Positions 26,473 through 38,130 of a stretch of DNA of 64,000 nucleotides are shown piece after piece; the stretch's first letter is position 1, and each line of letters starts with the position of its first letter. A program made the translations under genes and the position numbers. The stretch lies in NCBI RefSeq assembly GCF_001194135.2, contig NC_068993.1:63155992-63219991 (forward strand), written 5' to 3'. A model generated the notes under the pieces. The model was not told the DNA's origin and made no database searches. It saw nothing but the letters and a program-made list of their open reading frames with translations. The DNA is from Octopus bimaculoides. Its lineage: Eukaryota.

Positions 26473-27704
26473 ACTTCTTCTTGTATGGTATAATACATAC
26501 AACAAACCTGCTTTAGAAGCCAAGAACCCCTAAACAACCATGCAAGAACTAGAATTTTAATGAAGGACAATGCAATCCCTGGATCCATCCGATCCTGTCA
26601 AACCCATGCCAGCATGGAACAGGAACATTAAATGATGGTAGTGGTGATGATGATGATAACTGTGTGTGGTGGTAGTGGCGAGGGTGTGGTGGATTTTAAA
26701 AATTTTACAAAATAAATAAAAATTGTAAAAATTATTTTAAAAGTCATTTTTATTTTTGGAAACAGATAATAAAAAATATAATACATCTAGATAAATAACC
26801 CCCAAAACAGGATTTAAAAAAATTCTTTTCCCTTCTTTTCGATGTGGCAATATTTCTCTCTTGCAGTAAAGATTGTAATTGTGAATCATTCCTTGGCATC
26901 CGGCCAATTGTCTTGTTTTAGTGCTGTCTCTGGAAGTTTAATACGGAAATTCTAGATAACTTATAGATATTGTCATTCTAAGAAGAGTCGAGGTGGGAAT
27001 TGTTAATTGCTAGTGTGCAGTTTATTTTTGATACCTTTCTTTAATTTCTTCCTTCCTGTTTTCTTCTTTCTTTCATTCTCTCTTCCCTCTACCCTCCTCC
27101 CCGTTTCTCTAGAGTCTGGCAACTGAGCAAGATAAATGAGCTCAACGGGAGGGGAGTGGCAGGGGAGATGGAAAATGATATGAGGAGGAGGAGGAGGAAC
27201 AAGGGGAGAAACTGTGAGAAGAGAAAGAGAGAGTGATGAAGAGGTGTGGAGAAGAAACTGAGAGTGCAAGAGGAGGAAAAGCAAGCGACAGAAACTGTAA
27301 GAATAAGGGAAGGAGAAACGGTTTATGAGAAGAAGAGAGGGTGAGTAAAATGGTGAGAGAGATGGAGAGACTGGAAACAAAATCGAAGAGATTTTGAGAT
27401 TTCCATGTTGGTTGTACGTGCATCTGTGTGTGTGTGTGTGTGTGTGTGGGCTGAGTTCTATTTCAAGAGATGTTTACCATATTGTTAGAAGCTGGTCTGC
27501 CAATAGAAGAACAGAGAAACTTTATAATGGAATAATCTTTGTATTTGCTGCACCAATTTTCTCACATATCACTTACAACTAGAAGAACAGTGTGTGTGTG
27601 TGTGTGTGAGTGCATGTGTGCGTTTGGTGGTAAGTATAATCCATATTTTATAATATATATAGTAAAACATTCCATGGGTGTATGTGTGGTTTCATGCATA
27701 TGTA

Positions 27705-27746
<42 letters not shown>

Positions 27747-27954
27747 NNNNNNNNNNTATATATATATATATATGCTTATGTGCTTGTGTGTATATTCATA
27801 TATATCTATCTATCATAGCATACACACACACACACATGCACATGCTGATGCATCTGTTTGCATGTGAATGTAAAATGGGGTGGAGTATTTAAATTTGGTG
27901 ACCTGTGCTAAAATTAGGGAAGCAATTTTTGGTCCGTTTTTATCATACACACTT

Positions 27955-28150
27955 GATTCACTCATTGGACTGTGGCCATGCTGGGGCACCGCTTTGAAGG
28001 GATGAGTTGAACAGATTGACCCTTGTATTTATTTTTAAGTTTGGTACTTATTCTTTAGGTCTCTTTTGCTGAACTGCTAATTTACAGGGATGTAAACAAA
28101 CCAACACTGGTTGTCATGTGGGGGTGGTGGACAACTACAAAGACACATAC
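27955..28150 (-). mobile_element. Family-2 SINE, 3' half
   Basis: cattggactgtggccatgctggggcaccgctttgaagg...ttttgctgaactgctaa. Confidence 0.75.
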
Positions 28151-28155
28151 ACGCA

Positions 28156-28200
<45 letters not shown>

Positions 28201-28670
28201 NNNNNNNNNNNNNNNNNNNNNNNNNNNNNNNNNNNNNNNNNNNNNNNNNNNNNNNNNNNNNNNNNNNNNNNNNNNNNNNNNNNNNNNNNNNNNNNNNNNN
28301 NNNNNNNNNNNNNNNNNNNNNNNNNNNNNNNNNNNNNNNNNNNNNNNNNNNNNNNNNNNNNNNNNNNNNNNNNNNNNNNNNNNNNNNNNNNNNNNNNNNN
28401 NNNNNNNNNNNNNNNNNNNNNNNNNNNNNNNNNNNNNNNNNNNNNNNNNNNNNNNNNNNNNNNNNNNNNNNNNNNNNNNNNNNNNNNNNNNNNNNNNNNN
28501 NNNNNNNNNNNNNNNNNNNNNNNNNNNNNNNNNNNNNNNNNNNNNNNNNNNNNNNNNNNNNNNNNNNNNNNNNNNNNNNNNNNNNNNNNNNNNNNNNNNN
28601 NNNNNNNNNNNNNNNNNNNNNNNNNNNNNNNNNNNNNNNNNNNNNNNNNNNNNNNNNNNNNNNNNNNNNN

Positions 28671-28751
<81 letters not shown>

Positions 28752-29260
28752 TCCATTAATTTAACTTCCTTGGTTACACCACCCTAGAGCTATGCTTTCT
28801 ACTGTCGTCTGTTCTAACTTCCTCATTTACTTATTTATCTCATTCTGACCTAGTTTGGGACTGTGTTCCATACTGCCATGCAGAAATTGTTAGCTACATC
28901 GTACACACTCTGACAGAGAACATACATTAACTGGGCCCTAGTTAACCCCTTATTGAACACAACGATATATAATCAAAGGGTCCTAGCTGCAACTTGTATT
29001 TTTTTTTTTTTTTTCTTGTATTTCTAAAGTGGTGGATTAGCAGATGAGTTCAAATCCGGCGAAAGCCAGCTTTTCCATTCACTCTTCTAGGGGTTAATTA
29101 AATAAAATAGCAGTTAAATGCTGAGGTTGATATAATCAACTAACTCCTTCTCTCGAAATTGTTGGCCTTGTGCTTAAATTAGAAACCATTTTTCTTTCAG
29201 ATATAGTGTCCCTAAGACTACATTATTAAATGTGTCCTGCTGTTTTTTAAACCAGTAAAG

Positions 29261-29507
29261 CAGGGGTCCCTGACCACCAGGTCATGGATCATTTGGTACC
29301 AGGCCACAGAGAAGAAATGAATTTTTAATTTTTATTATCTTTTATTGACTATCGCAGTCTGCAGGGTGTTTTTGCATTATATATGCTATAAATAAATTGT
29401 ATATAATGCAGCTTATTGTGATTTGTTATGTGTGTGGTTCCCTAATCCAGGGAAAAATTGTCTTGCATGAAACGGGTCTGTGGTGCCAAAAAGGTTGGGG
29501 CCTGCTG
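29261..29507. mobile_element. hAT/Charlie-like MITE
   Basis: Ends caggggtccc...ggttggggcctgctg. The 8-bp flanks cagtaaag and cagaagag match at 6 of 8, consistent with a decayed TSD. Confidence 0.6.
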
Positions 29508-29718
29508 CAGAAGAGTACACATAGAGGGAAATTTAGTTTGATATTTCTAGCAGTTGAGGGTGAGTACAAAGACGCTCTCTTATTGTATCTGCTGTGTTGT
29601 CTAGTTTATACATACATTACTGAACTATCCAGAATAATCACCCAAATTTCTTTCTAGACTATAATTCAGTTTATCTTTCATATCTCCTTCGGGAAGTTCC
29701 CTTCTATCTTTAAAACAG

Positions 29719-29729
29719 AGGACCATTTG
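29719..29729 (+). other. Candidate plus-strand 11-nt microexon AGGACCATTTG
   Basis: cttctatctttaaaacag|AGGACCATTTG|gtaagt. Confidence 0.2.
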
Positions 29730-29847
29730 GTAAGTTTTATTCTCACCAATGTATATATCTCTGTTATAATTCTATTGGAAAGAGAGCAGAGAGGACGGAG
29801 AGAATGTTACTGAAGACTGTGTTTGTACATGCAATAAATATGTGTGT

Positions 29848-29899
29848 TTATGAGTTGGATGGCGGTAGATGGGTGGCCCCACGAAGAATAATCTGTCTG
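29848..29899 (-). CDS. Candidate terminal exon, (RQ)IILRGATHLPPSNS*
   Basis: Pyrimidine-rich acceptor atcgtttgatttatag|CAGACAG with tandem alternative AGs. GC/CpG-richer than its flanks. Confidence 0.2.
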
Positions 29900-30008
29900 C
29901 TATAAATCAAACGATATAAGTAAATAGATAAGAAAATACAAATGAGAATTAAAGTGTTTAAAGACAGACATGGAACCAGTATTTCAGAGAATGTGTTCTT
30001 TTTCACAC

Positions 30009-30040
<32 letters not shown>

Positions 30041-30356
30041 TCCTCTCTCTTTCCCTCTCTCTTTCCCTCTCTCTCTCTTTCCCTCTCTCTCTCTCACACA
30101 CATCTTATCTAGTCAGTTTTATTTTAACTTCTTGTTTTGAGATAAGGAACCAAAATGTCTAAGCTATTGCACTGGACTCCACACCCTCATCCTACTCTCT
30201 CTAGAAAAGTCCCCCACCCACTGCCGTGGCTTTGCCATTCTTATGAAAAATGAGTCAATAACGAACATAACTCACGTTGTCGCAATCAAACTTGTTCCAA
30301 AAAGTTTTATTTTGTTTTACAAATTTTTTTTTTGTTCCTCACAGGTGAAATATATT

Positions 30357-30700
30357 ATGGTACAATCGTGGCTGTGTGGTAAGAAGTTTACTTCCCAGCC
30401 ACATGGTTTTGGTTTCTATCCTTCTGTGTTGCATCTCTGGCAAGTGTCTTCTACTACAGTCTTGTGAGTGGATTTGGTAGACAAAAACTGAAAGAAGCTT
30501 GTTGAATGTATATATGTGTGTGTGTCTTTGGTTATATTTGTCACCACTCACAGCTGGTGTTGGTTTGTTTATGTCCCTGAACTTAACAGTTTGGCAAAAA
30601 GGGTTTTAAAAAATAAGTACTGGGTTTGATGTGTTCAGCTAAACCCTTCAAGGCAGTGCCCCAGCATGGCCACATTTCAAATGACAAATAAAAGAGAAAA
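30357..30700 (+). mobile_element. Family-2 SINE, near full length, degenerate
   Basis: gtggctgtgtggtaag...ggcaagtgtcttctact...gtggatttggtagac...ccccagcatggccac. Confidence 0.8.
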
Positions 30701-30812
30701 GATTTATTTCGTTTTTGGATTTGGTTTGCAAGATTCTTTATATGAATGAGTTTGTGTGTTGAAGCATATTCTGTTGTGTCTGGGGAGAGTCATTCTCTTT
30801 GGTATATATATG

Positions 30813-30972
30813 ACAGGCTTCTTTCAGTTTCTGTCTACCAAATCCACACACAGGGCTTTGGTCGGCTCGAGGCTATAGTAGAAGATACTTACCCAAGGTG
30901 CCACACAGTGGGACTGAACCCGGAACCATGTGGCTCGTAAGCAAACTACTTACCACACAGCCACTCCTGTGC
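30813..30972 (-). mobile_element. Family-2 SINE, 5' half, young
   Basis: ggcttctttcagtttctgtctaccaaatcc...gggactgaacccggaaccatgtgg...ttaccacacagccactcctgtgcc. Confidence 0.85.
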
Positions 30973-31800
30973 CGTTTGGATTGTAGGCATAATGCACCAT
31001 CCTGGGGCACCTTTATCTGACTTCACTGGTATAAACATTTCAACAATTACTCTTGCTATTAACCCCCCCCCCACCTTCTTTCCCTATATATTCTTAACAT
31101 AGATGTTTGGTAAACTGAATCTTATAGAATTATGTATCCAAGAGCAAAATAAAATTCTTGACCTCATTGACCTATGGACGGCAAGGTTAATACATTCTTT
31201 ATTCAACCATTTCCTACTTAGTTCTCATTATCTCACCAGAACATTTAAGTTGCTATTGAAGCCTAATTAACTTCAAATTTCTAAATGACAACTGAACCCA
31301 CCTACTTCAAGAGTGACCCGACCTTATTTCTCCTAATTTCTATACTTTCCCATCTACTAATTATGCGATATCTAATTACACATTTTAACGTTTTGCTGTT
31401 GTCGTGTTAATTACCTTTAAAGCACGTCTTTAATTATTATTTGTGGTATTTAAAACGTTGCTGCTCTTTTTAACCAATTATTGTAAACTTAACCAGTTTC
31501 AATGATTAGCTCCTATGTGTAAAAACATTTTTAGATTCTTTTCCTTGTGAATAATCATTATCTTCCATCAGTCCAGGCAGAGTTCTTTATAGAAAATGCT
31601 ACAAGTTTGGCTGCCAAATAGCTGTTGTTGGCAACTGTGGATAATATATATAAAAAACTGAAATGGTGCCAGTATTAAAAGTGTATGCAAGACTTAAGTT
31701 GAATGATTAGTTTGTTGACAGAGAATAGATTGTGCTTTGCCATGGTGGCAGTCACTTATTTTCTCTTGTTTATTTCCTTGCCTGTAACTTAATTTTTTAC

Positions 31801-31845
31801 TTGACAAACTAAGGGAGCCTCTATAACCGTCATCCATATCACACC
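31801..31845 (-). CDS. Candidate 45-nt cassette exon (CDMDDGYRGSLSLS in phase 1, or GVIWMTVIEAPLVCQ in phase 0)
   Basis: cccttttgcttttaaaacaacag|GGTGTG...TGTCAA|gtaaaa. Length is a multiple of 3; the donor is weak. Confidence 0.22.
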
Positions 31846-31965
31846 CTGTTGTTTTAAAAGCAAAAGGGGGCAGAATACAGACATATAAAGCAGGAAGGCC
31901 ATGACCAGAAACATCTTTTATCAGGGCTGAATTGAAGCTAAACACCTTTTTTTTTTTTAATCTGC

Positions 31966-32192
31966 AACCCTTTAGTATTTATCAGGCCATCTCCCACCCA
32001 AATACTTCACATGTTTTATGACCAGATCTGGCCTCTCACACCTACCCTACAATGTCATTCTAAAAATATACAATCACATCATCAAAATCTCAAAACTGAG
32101 AGATAAAGTTTTGATTAATTGAAAACAATGTGAATAAATAGAGATTACATTTGACAGTCATCTAAATTAATCTGAATTCTGTTAAAGGGTTA
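31966..32192. mobile_element. piggyBac-like MITE
   Basis: TIR aaccctttag...taaagggtta. The internal ccagatctggcctctcacacctaccctacaatgtcattc also occurs inverted at about 5830-5925 and 11800-11945. Confidence 0.6.
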
Positions 32193-32599
32193 CTAATTGT
32201 TGTTTAGCTACTTATCAACTTTGATTAACGAACCTGTATTAAAAGTTGTTCCAGCAATGATCAAACCATTTTTTTGCATATCTATGACTATATTGCTCAG
32301 GGCAGTAGAGTGTGAGTTGAAGGAGATTTGTTTACTATTTTTAGCAGGTCAAGTAACCATATATATGCTCCCTCATTGATTTTAGTTTCATGTGGAGCAA
32401 ATCTTAATAGTTTTTATTGACATTTTATTTCTTCTTCTTTTGCTTTAGTTAGAGATAGGTTAGAGTAATGTTCAGTTTGAATTATCAGAGGTTCTACGGA
32501 TCTAAGACAGGAAGATAGGTTTTCAGACGGAAGAAAGAGGATAGTGGTGGGAAATGTATGCAGTGGGCTTAGGTAACCTTTCTTTTTCAAGAAACAAAC

Positions 32600-32638
32600 C
32601 ATGTGAAACGGGGGCTCATCACCAGATGGGTCACCGTA
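32600..32638 (-). CDS. Candidate 39-nt cassette exon, YGDPSGDEPPFHM (phase 0 to phase 0)
   Basis: gttgactttgcttag|TACGGT...CACATG|gtttgt. GC-rich, open and frame-preserving. Confidence 0.28.
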
Positions 32639-32789
32639 CTAAGCAAAGTCAACATAATTTTCCATTGGCTGGTTCTGGTTCAGAAGAGCAGTGGCTATCT
32701 TAGAATGATAGAAAAGGCATTATATATATATATATAATGTGCGTGTGTGTGTGTGTGTATACTCTATCTAGTCAGACATAAATAAATAT

Positions 32790-32934
32790 CAATTTAATAT
32801 GCAATTATGAAAGAGCCACAAATAGTTTCATGCTTTACAATACTTTAGATTGACGGATTTATAAAACATGCCAATTTAGAGTATTGTAAAGCATAAAACT
32901 GTTAGCAGCTCTTTTGTAATTGTGTATTAAATTG
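32790..32934. repeat. Foldback palindrome with arms of about 63 bp and a 19-nt loop (MITE-like)
   Basis: caatttaatatgcaattatgaaagagcc...tactttagattg is the imperfect reverse complement of caatttagagta...ctcttttgtaattgtgtattaaattg. Confidence 0.85.
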
Positions 32935-33076
32935 ATGCATCTATATCTCGATGTATATAAGTATACATATAAAGTATGTTTTACCATTTCACTTTACAAA
33001 AACTGTCCTCACAATTCATTCCACGAATCCTTGAATGATTACCATTTCGATTTGCCAAATATTTCTTCCTGTTTAG

Positions 33077-33109
33077 CCTTATGTGGCCCCTGACGATGCA
33101 GAACTGTGA
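33077..33109 (+). CDS. Candidate plus-strand terminal exon, PYVAPDDAEL*
   Basis: atttcttcctgtttag|CCTTATGTGGCCCCTGACGATGCAGAACTGTGA. Confidence 0.2.
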   Translation, partial: PYVAPDDAEL

Positions 33110-33499
33110 TGAAGGCCACACCAACCATAACCATAACATCTCTTTTAGGGCTGTTTAGGACTACATTATCTCATCTGTCCTTTGCTTTTCAAACAAATGT
33201 TTTGAGAGATTTGGTTGTTATTTCTAGCTTTCTCACAGATCAAGCATCCACATAAAAGCTCCCTTGTGTATGTAGATATGTATGTAAATGTGTATATCAA
33301 ACCAGAAGACTAGAAAAATTTGAATATATGTGTGTATATGTATGTGTGTTTTAGCAATGACGTACGTGATATGTTTGATGTTGGATATGTAAATGATAAA
33401 GAATGATTTATTAGTAGATATTTTTGTTGTACAGCATTTCTCTTAATTAATCTTTTACCTGTATCAGGTTATAAAGTTACTAAAACTTTTATGTAGGTG

Positions 33500-33525
33500 T
33501 GTGTGTTTAGTGTATTAGTGAATAC

Positions 33526-33573
<48 letters not shown>

Positions 33574-33583
33574 NNNNNNNNNN

Positions 33584-33628
<45 letters not shown>

Positions 33629-34140
33629 GTGTGTCTGCATGTAGATGTGTTTTTGTATGTAGATGTATGTGTGTGTTTACATGTAAATGTGTCTGCATGT
33701 GTGCCTGTACATGTATGGGAGTGTTGGCATGTAGGTTTGTGCATCTGTCTGCATGTAAATGCGTGTCTACATGTAGATGTATCCATGTGTTTGCATGTGA
33801 ATGTGTCTGCGTGTGCATGTACATATGTGGGAGTGTTGACATGTGGGTGTTTGTGTGTGTGTTCATGTATGTTTGTTTATTTGTCTGCATGTACACGGCT
33901 CTTCACATTTGCATGAACATGTGTTTATGTGTAGGTGAACTTGCGTGTGTGTGTGTATGTGTCTCTGCACGTGCAGGTATGTATATTTATGTTCCTGCAT
34001 GCACATGTATGTGCATGAAAGTGCCTGTATATGCAAGTATACAAAACATATACGAGTGCTCGTGTATGTATGTATGTGTGTATGTGTGTGTACATATATG
34101 TGAATGTGTTTATGTGCCAATATGGGTATGTTGGTGTGTA
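33500..34140. repeat. (TG)n-derived complex satellite with recurring gtgtgtctgcatgt units
   Basis: Direct reading. It produces the C/V/H/T-rich ORFs in the track. Confidence 0.85.
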
Positions 34141-34251
34141 TCAGTTTTGATTCAATCCCCAATAGCAATTGACTATCCTATTTATTTTGTTCTGTCTTGT
34201 CTATTGACCTGATTCTGCTTGTTCTACCCCACCCTCCCATCACCACCTCCA

Positions 34252-34416
34252 TCACCACCACCACCACCCACTTTGCATATCAAATTCAATCAGTTTCATC
34301 TCCCACTCATAATATCGAGTATCAACATCATCTTCTCCTCCGTTTCTCGCTCTTTTTAACCATTTTCGGAGAATTTCCTGCCGCATTTTAGTGAGAATTC
34401 TTCTTTTTCTCTTCAC
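34252..34416 (-). CDS. Candidate exon VKRKRRILTKMRQEILRKWLKRARNGGEDDVDTRYYE... (phase 0), or GEEKKKNSH* (phase 1)
   Basis: A pyrimidine tract of more than 60 nt ending gtgtaaaag|GTG. Purine-rich and CpG-containing, open for 54 codons, running into (TGG)n. Confidence 0.3.
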   Translation of the reverse strand: MKRKRRILTKMRQEILRKWLKRARNGGEDDVDTRYYEWEMKLIEFDMQSGWWWW

Positions 34417-34824
34417 CTTTTACACGTATGAAAATAAGAACGAGTAGAAGAAAGAATGAATAAAAGATTGAACAAAACAAATAAACGAATAGAAGAAAGA
34501 AAAACACCAAAAACAATTACGGTAACTGTTACATTGGAAATGCAAGAAGTCTGCTGTGTTGGCAAAAAATGGAAAGTGCTGCATCAGACTGAATGCTTTG
34601 AAGTCTTTTAGCTCCTTACTTGCTTCATTGATATCCTACCAGAGTTTTGACTGTTTCATTTGAACACTCTACAATTGAAAAATTAAATTCCAATAGCATT
34701 ATCATCATCTTTATTGTTATTAAGTGCCAAGGTTGGTTTTTGCCTTCCGTTCTTGATTGTTGGGGGTCAATGTAATCAATTAGTCCCTTCCACCAAAATT
34801 TTGGGCCTTTTGCCTATTATTATT

Positions 34825-35200
34825 AAGGCAGTGAGCTGGCAGAACCGTTAGCACGCTGGGCAAAATGCTTAGTGTGATTTCATTCTTCTTCACGTTCTGA
34901 GGTTGACTTTGCCTTTCATCGTTTCAGGGTCAATAAAATAAGTACCAGTTGAACACCGGGCTCAGTTTAACTGACTCATCCCCTATGCCAAAATTGTTGC
35001 CCCTGTGGCAAAATTTAAAACCATTATTATTGTTATTATTAAGGCAGTGAGCTGGCAGAATCATTAGCACACCGGGTGAAACGCTTAGTGGTATTTCTTC
35101 TGTCTTCACGTTCTGAGTTCAAATTCTACCAAGGTCGACTTTGCCGTTCATCGTTTCAGGGTTGATAAAATAAGTACCAGTTGAACACTGGGGTCGATGT
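34825..35200 (+). mobile_element. Two tandem family-1 SINEs
   Basis: aaggcagtgagctggcagaa...ttagcac occurs at about 34825 and 35042. Confidence 0.85.
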
Positions 35201-35525
35201 CATTGGTGCATGCCTTCAAAGTGACACTGGCATTTTTGTCCATCTCTACATTCTGCATTGGTCTCTTCCGATTAATGCAGCACTTTATGAAGAGTCTCCA
35301 ATTTGAGGAGTCATTCGATGAAGTTGAAGAAACCTGTCAAGAATCTTTGAATTCAAACCTGAATGATTATTACTTTGACTAAATCCAAAAGCTTGCAGAT
35401 TGTTGGCAGACGGTCGTGGAAAATGATGGTCTTTATTTGGAAGGATAGTTGTTGTTTTTGAATAAATTCTTGCATAAAAGTTCCTTATTTTAACACAGCG
35501 CACAAACTTTTTCCTCAGCTTCATA
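35200..35525 (+). mobile_element. Mariner transposase C-terminus and 3' end, decayed
   Basis: LFRLMQHFMKSLQF..FDEVEETCQE...IQKLADCWQTVVENDGLYLEG*, followed by a TIR-like cacaaactttttcctcagcttca and TA. Confidence 0.75.
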
Positions 35526-36303
35526 TAATTGACAGTGTGTCCATCACTCTGATTGTCCATCCCCCAAAGGTAGCTAACTCTGATGTTCTTGGGTTTATTT
35601 TCCTTAGTTACTCAGCACTAACTGGAGTGTTACGCTTGTACTTGACTGGTTGATGACATATTTATCGACATATACTTATTGCTAATATATAAATGAATGA
35701 ATCTAGTACCGCCCCCCCCTTTCTTTTTGTTATGGGGAACAAAGGCCACTGAAAAGGAAGGAGGTGAGGCAATCAGTCAGGTGACCTTGTTTTAACTGTG
35801 GTCTAGGAATGTCTACATCTGTGAGAGAGTTAAGAATGTCTATGAAATCTGTTCCTTTCTTTCTGTCTCTCTTTCATGTGTATATCTTTCAATTTCTTGT
35901 CACACACTCTCTGTCTCTCTCTCTGTCTCTCTCTCTCTCTCTGTCTCTGTCTCTCTCTCTATCTGTCTCTCTCTCTCTCACTGGTTTGAAATTAAAAGAT
36001 CTTTATCCGTTGTGATTTATGTTGCTAGTGGAAGGAGGCAGGTATTAGGGAGTCAAACTTGATAGATACTTTGAAGTGATTAATTCAATGCAGAATTGAA
36101 ATTCCATAAGATTTGTGGAAAGTGTGTGTGTGCCATCACAACACAAAGGATTGTCAATAGGATAGTTTGTGGAATATCAATTAGTTGAGTTGTAGTAAAG
36201 AGTGGAAGTTGTAATCATTCAGCAGAGAATATATAAAGATAAAGTTGTTGGCCTGACAGTTGATGGGCAAGAGACAGGAACGTTACACTTTGCTCCTCCT
36301 TAC

Positions 36304-36361
36304 CAGGGCCTTCTTTTCGTAAATTATTGCCAACGCAAAATGCTTGTCCTGCATGTTTGTC
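36304..36361 (-). CDS. Candidate 58-nt internal exon (DKHAGQAFCVGNNLRKEGP, or TNMQDKHFALAIIYEKKAL)
   Basis: Strong donor CCCTG|gtaagg, moderate acceptor tagatttag. Two frames are open. Confidence 0.22.
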
Positions 36362-36789
36362 CTAAATCTAAAGTCCTAAATCTAAACTCCTTTTTTGTTG
36401 TTTCAATTAATCCTGTGTAAATTTTAGCCAAGATTTGCTTTGACATTGGAATGCATGCATTACTTCTCTTGGTGCTAATAATATACGACATCATATTATT
36501 GTATTAATAGATCGTCCATTGTTGTCAATGATGACCAAGGACATCACATGGCAGAAGACAATGGGTCACAGTGTGTCCTGCTGTGGCCAATCAGTCCAAT
36601 GTGTGCTCAAAAGTCTTTGCTGCAAGTCGGGCCTTTGTGGTCTATTGGAACTGGAAGCAAGGAATTAGCTTTGAACCTGCATTGTTCATGGTTTCTTTGT
36701 GTCCCTGCAATCCTGTTTTGTTTGTACGATGAGTCAACTGACTCATCCAGCTATCAGAGACTCACCTATCCAAATCTCAAGGTTTCTAA

Positions 36790-37420
36790 CCTTCCATAGT
36801 CACCTTTGATATGGACTTCTATGTTTGCCAGATACAGGGAAGATTCTGTGAGCAGCACAAACTGTTACACATAGCCGTTTTTGAGCTCATCAAGTCATTT
36901 GATTTCATAAACTGTGAACCTTTGTGGAAAATGCTAACCAAATCTAATTTCCCATAAAATTTCATGGAAGGATGAAAAGCAAAGTCGACCTTGGCAGAAT
37001 TTGAACTCAGAACATAGTGACAGGCAAAATGTTACTAAACATTTTACCTGGCATGCTAACGATTCTTTCAGCTTGCCACCTTAATAATAATAATAATAAT
37101 AATAATAATAGTTACAAGTAATGTATAACAATGATCTGTCCAGTTGCCTTTCTTTGAATTTGAACTCATTACTGCAAGCTAATGAAACGCTTATTAATTC
37201 TACAGTTCATGCTCTTATGACGCCTACATATAACAAGTTGGATTTGCACCAGCAAGAATTATATTTATTTTTGACTGTTAGAAATACAATGCAGTGTTGG
37301 CGCCAACCACATGAATATTTTAACCTTCCATCCAAAGAGGTTATCACTCTGATAACTTGACCAGCTGCCATTCTCAGAGTATCCAAGATGGTAGACCACC
37401 TGACTGGAAATGTCTTTCAA
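36790..37420 (+). mobile_element. RTE (BovB-like) reverse transcriptase remnants, interrupted by a minus-strand family-1 SINE (about 36958-37082)
   Basis: DFYVCQIQGRFCEQHKLLHIAVFELIKSFDFI..EPLWKML resembles the RTE RT motif LRQLQEKCREQ..LY.AF.DL.KAFD.V...LW..L. Confidence 0.65.
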
Positions 37421-37559
37421 TGTTTGCTTTAAGTTGATTTTTCAGTTCTAATTATGAAGGCATCACCTTAGCTTTTCAATCGTTCTTGAATCAGTAAGAC
37501 ATATATCTGTTTTATTTAATGGTATATAATGTGCGTATATAATCATATGTTTATATTTA

Positions 37560-37597
<38 letters not shown>

Positions 37598-37881
37598 AAA
37601 TATATTTAATGGCACACCTGTTATTATAGACACATACATCAATACACACATGCGCACACACACATGCCATACTTACACATGTATCTTTGTGTGTATCTGT
37701 ACATGTTTGTATACACACACACACACACACACACACACCAGAACCACACTAATAGCTTAGGAGTGAAATTTAGGATTTCTTGGTTTTCTGTGAATTGATT
37801 TCCATAAAACTTTTCCCAGTTGGTTTGCACGCTATGGCAACACCATTGTTATGTTTTCATTATTGCAGTAGGTAGCTGTGG

Positions 37882-38130
37882 TCACTTTAACCCCTTCATG
37901 CATCCAGATTGCGCCAACAAGTCTGTCCCCAATGATACCAGCCCACAATATGACTCCTCCACCCTGTTGTCATAAACGTTAGTGATGTTCATCTCCAAAA
38001 TAGACCCAACCATTTGCCCAACCGTCAGGTCTATCAAGGGTTGCCTGGTTTTGTCACTGAACAGAACACAACTTGTGTCTAATATCATGTACATTTGGGC
38101 CCATTGAAGCCTCAAACCCCTGTGACAAGG
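37882..38130 (-). mobile_element. Tc1-like DD34E transposase fragment
   Basis: CVLFSDK...VGQMVG...YDNRVEESYCGLVSLGTDL resembles the Tc1 motifs VLFSDES and GGGSVMVWAGIS..GRTDL. Confidence 0.6.

Larger units (their letters stand above)
4998..33583. other. Seven assembly gaps: 4998-5007, 12068-12336, 17656-17755, 25334-25512, 27747-27756, 28201-28670, 33574-33583
   Basis: N runs, mostly next to microsatellites. Confidence 0.99.

Noticed and set aside
27471-27489. Minus-strand 19-nt microexon-like ACCAGCTTCTAACAATATG
   Set aside because: The donor (gtaaac) is weak, it does not preserve frame, and there is no independent support.
28111-28787. ORFs of about 200 aa in several frames
   Set aside because: They consist of N gap plus (AT)n and (GA)n. 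The same applies to ORFs at 11959, 17528 and 25253.
1378-32638. Named identities for the candidate exons (PMCA, SERCA, SynGAP/nGAP, Muscleblind, dystrophin, AChE)
   Set aside because: Only 3-5 residue resemblances were found, and no conserved domain exon lies in the window to anchor a name.
33469-34212. Long overlapping ORFs (up to 227 aa) rich in C, V, H and T
   Set aside because: They come from a TG-repeat satellite, are open on both strands and span a gap.
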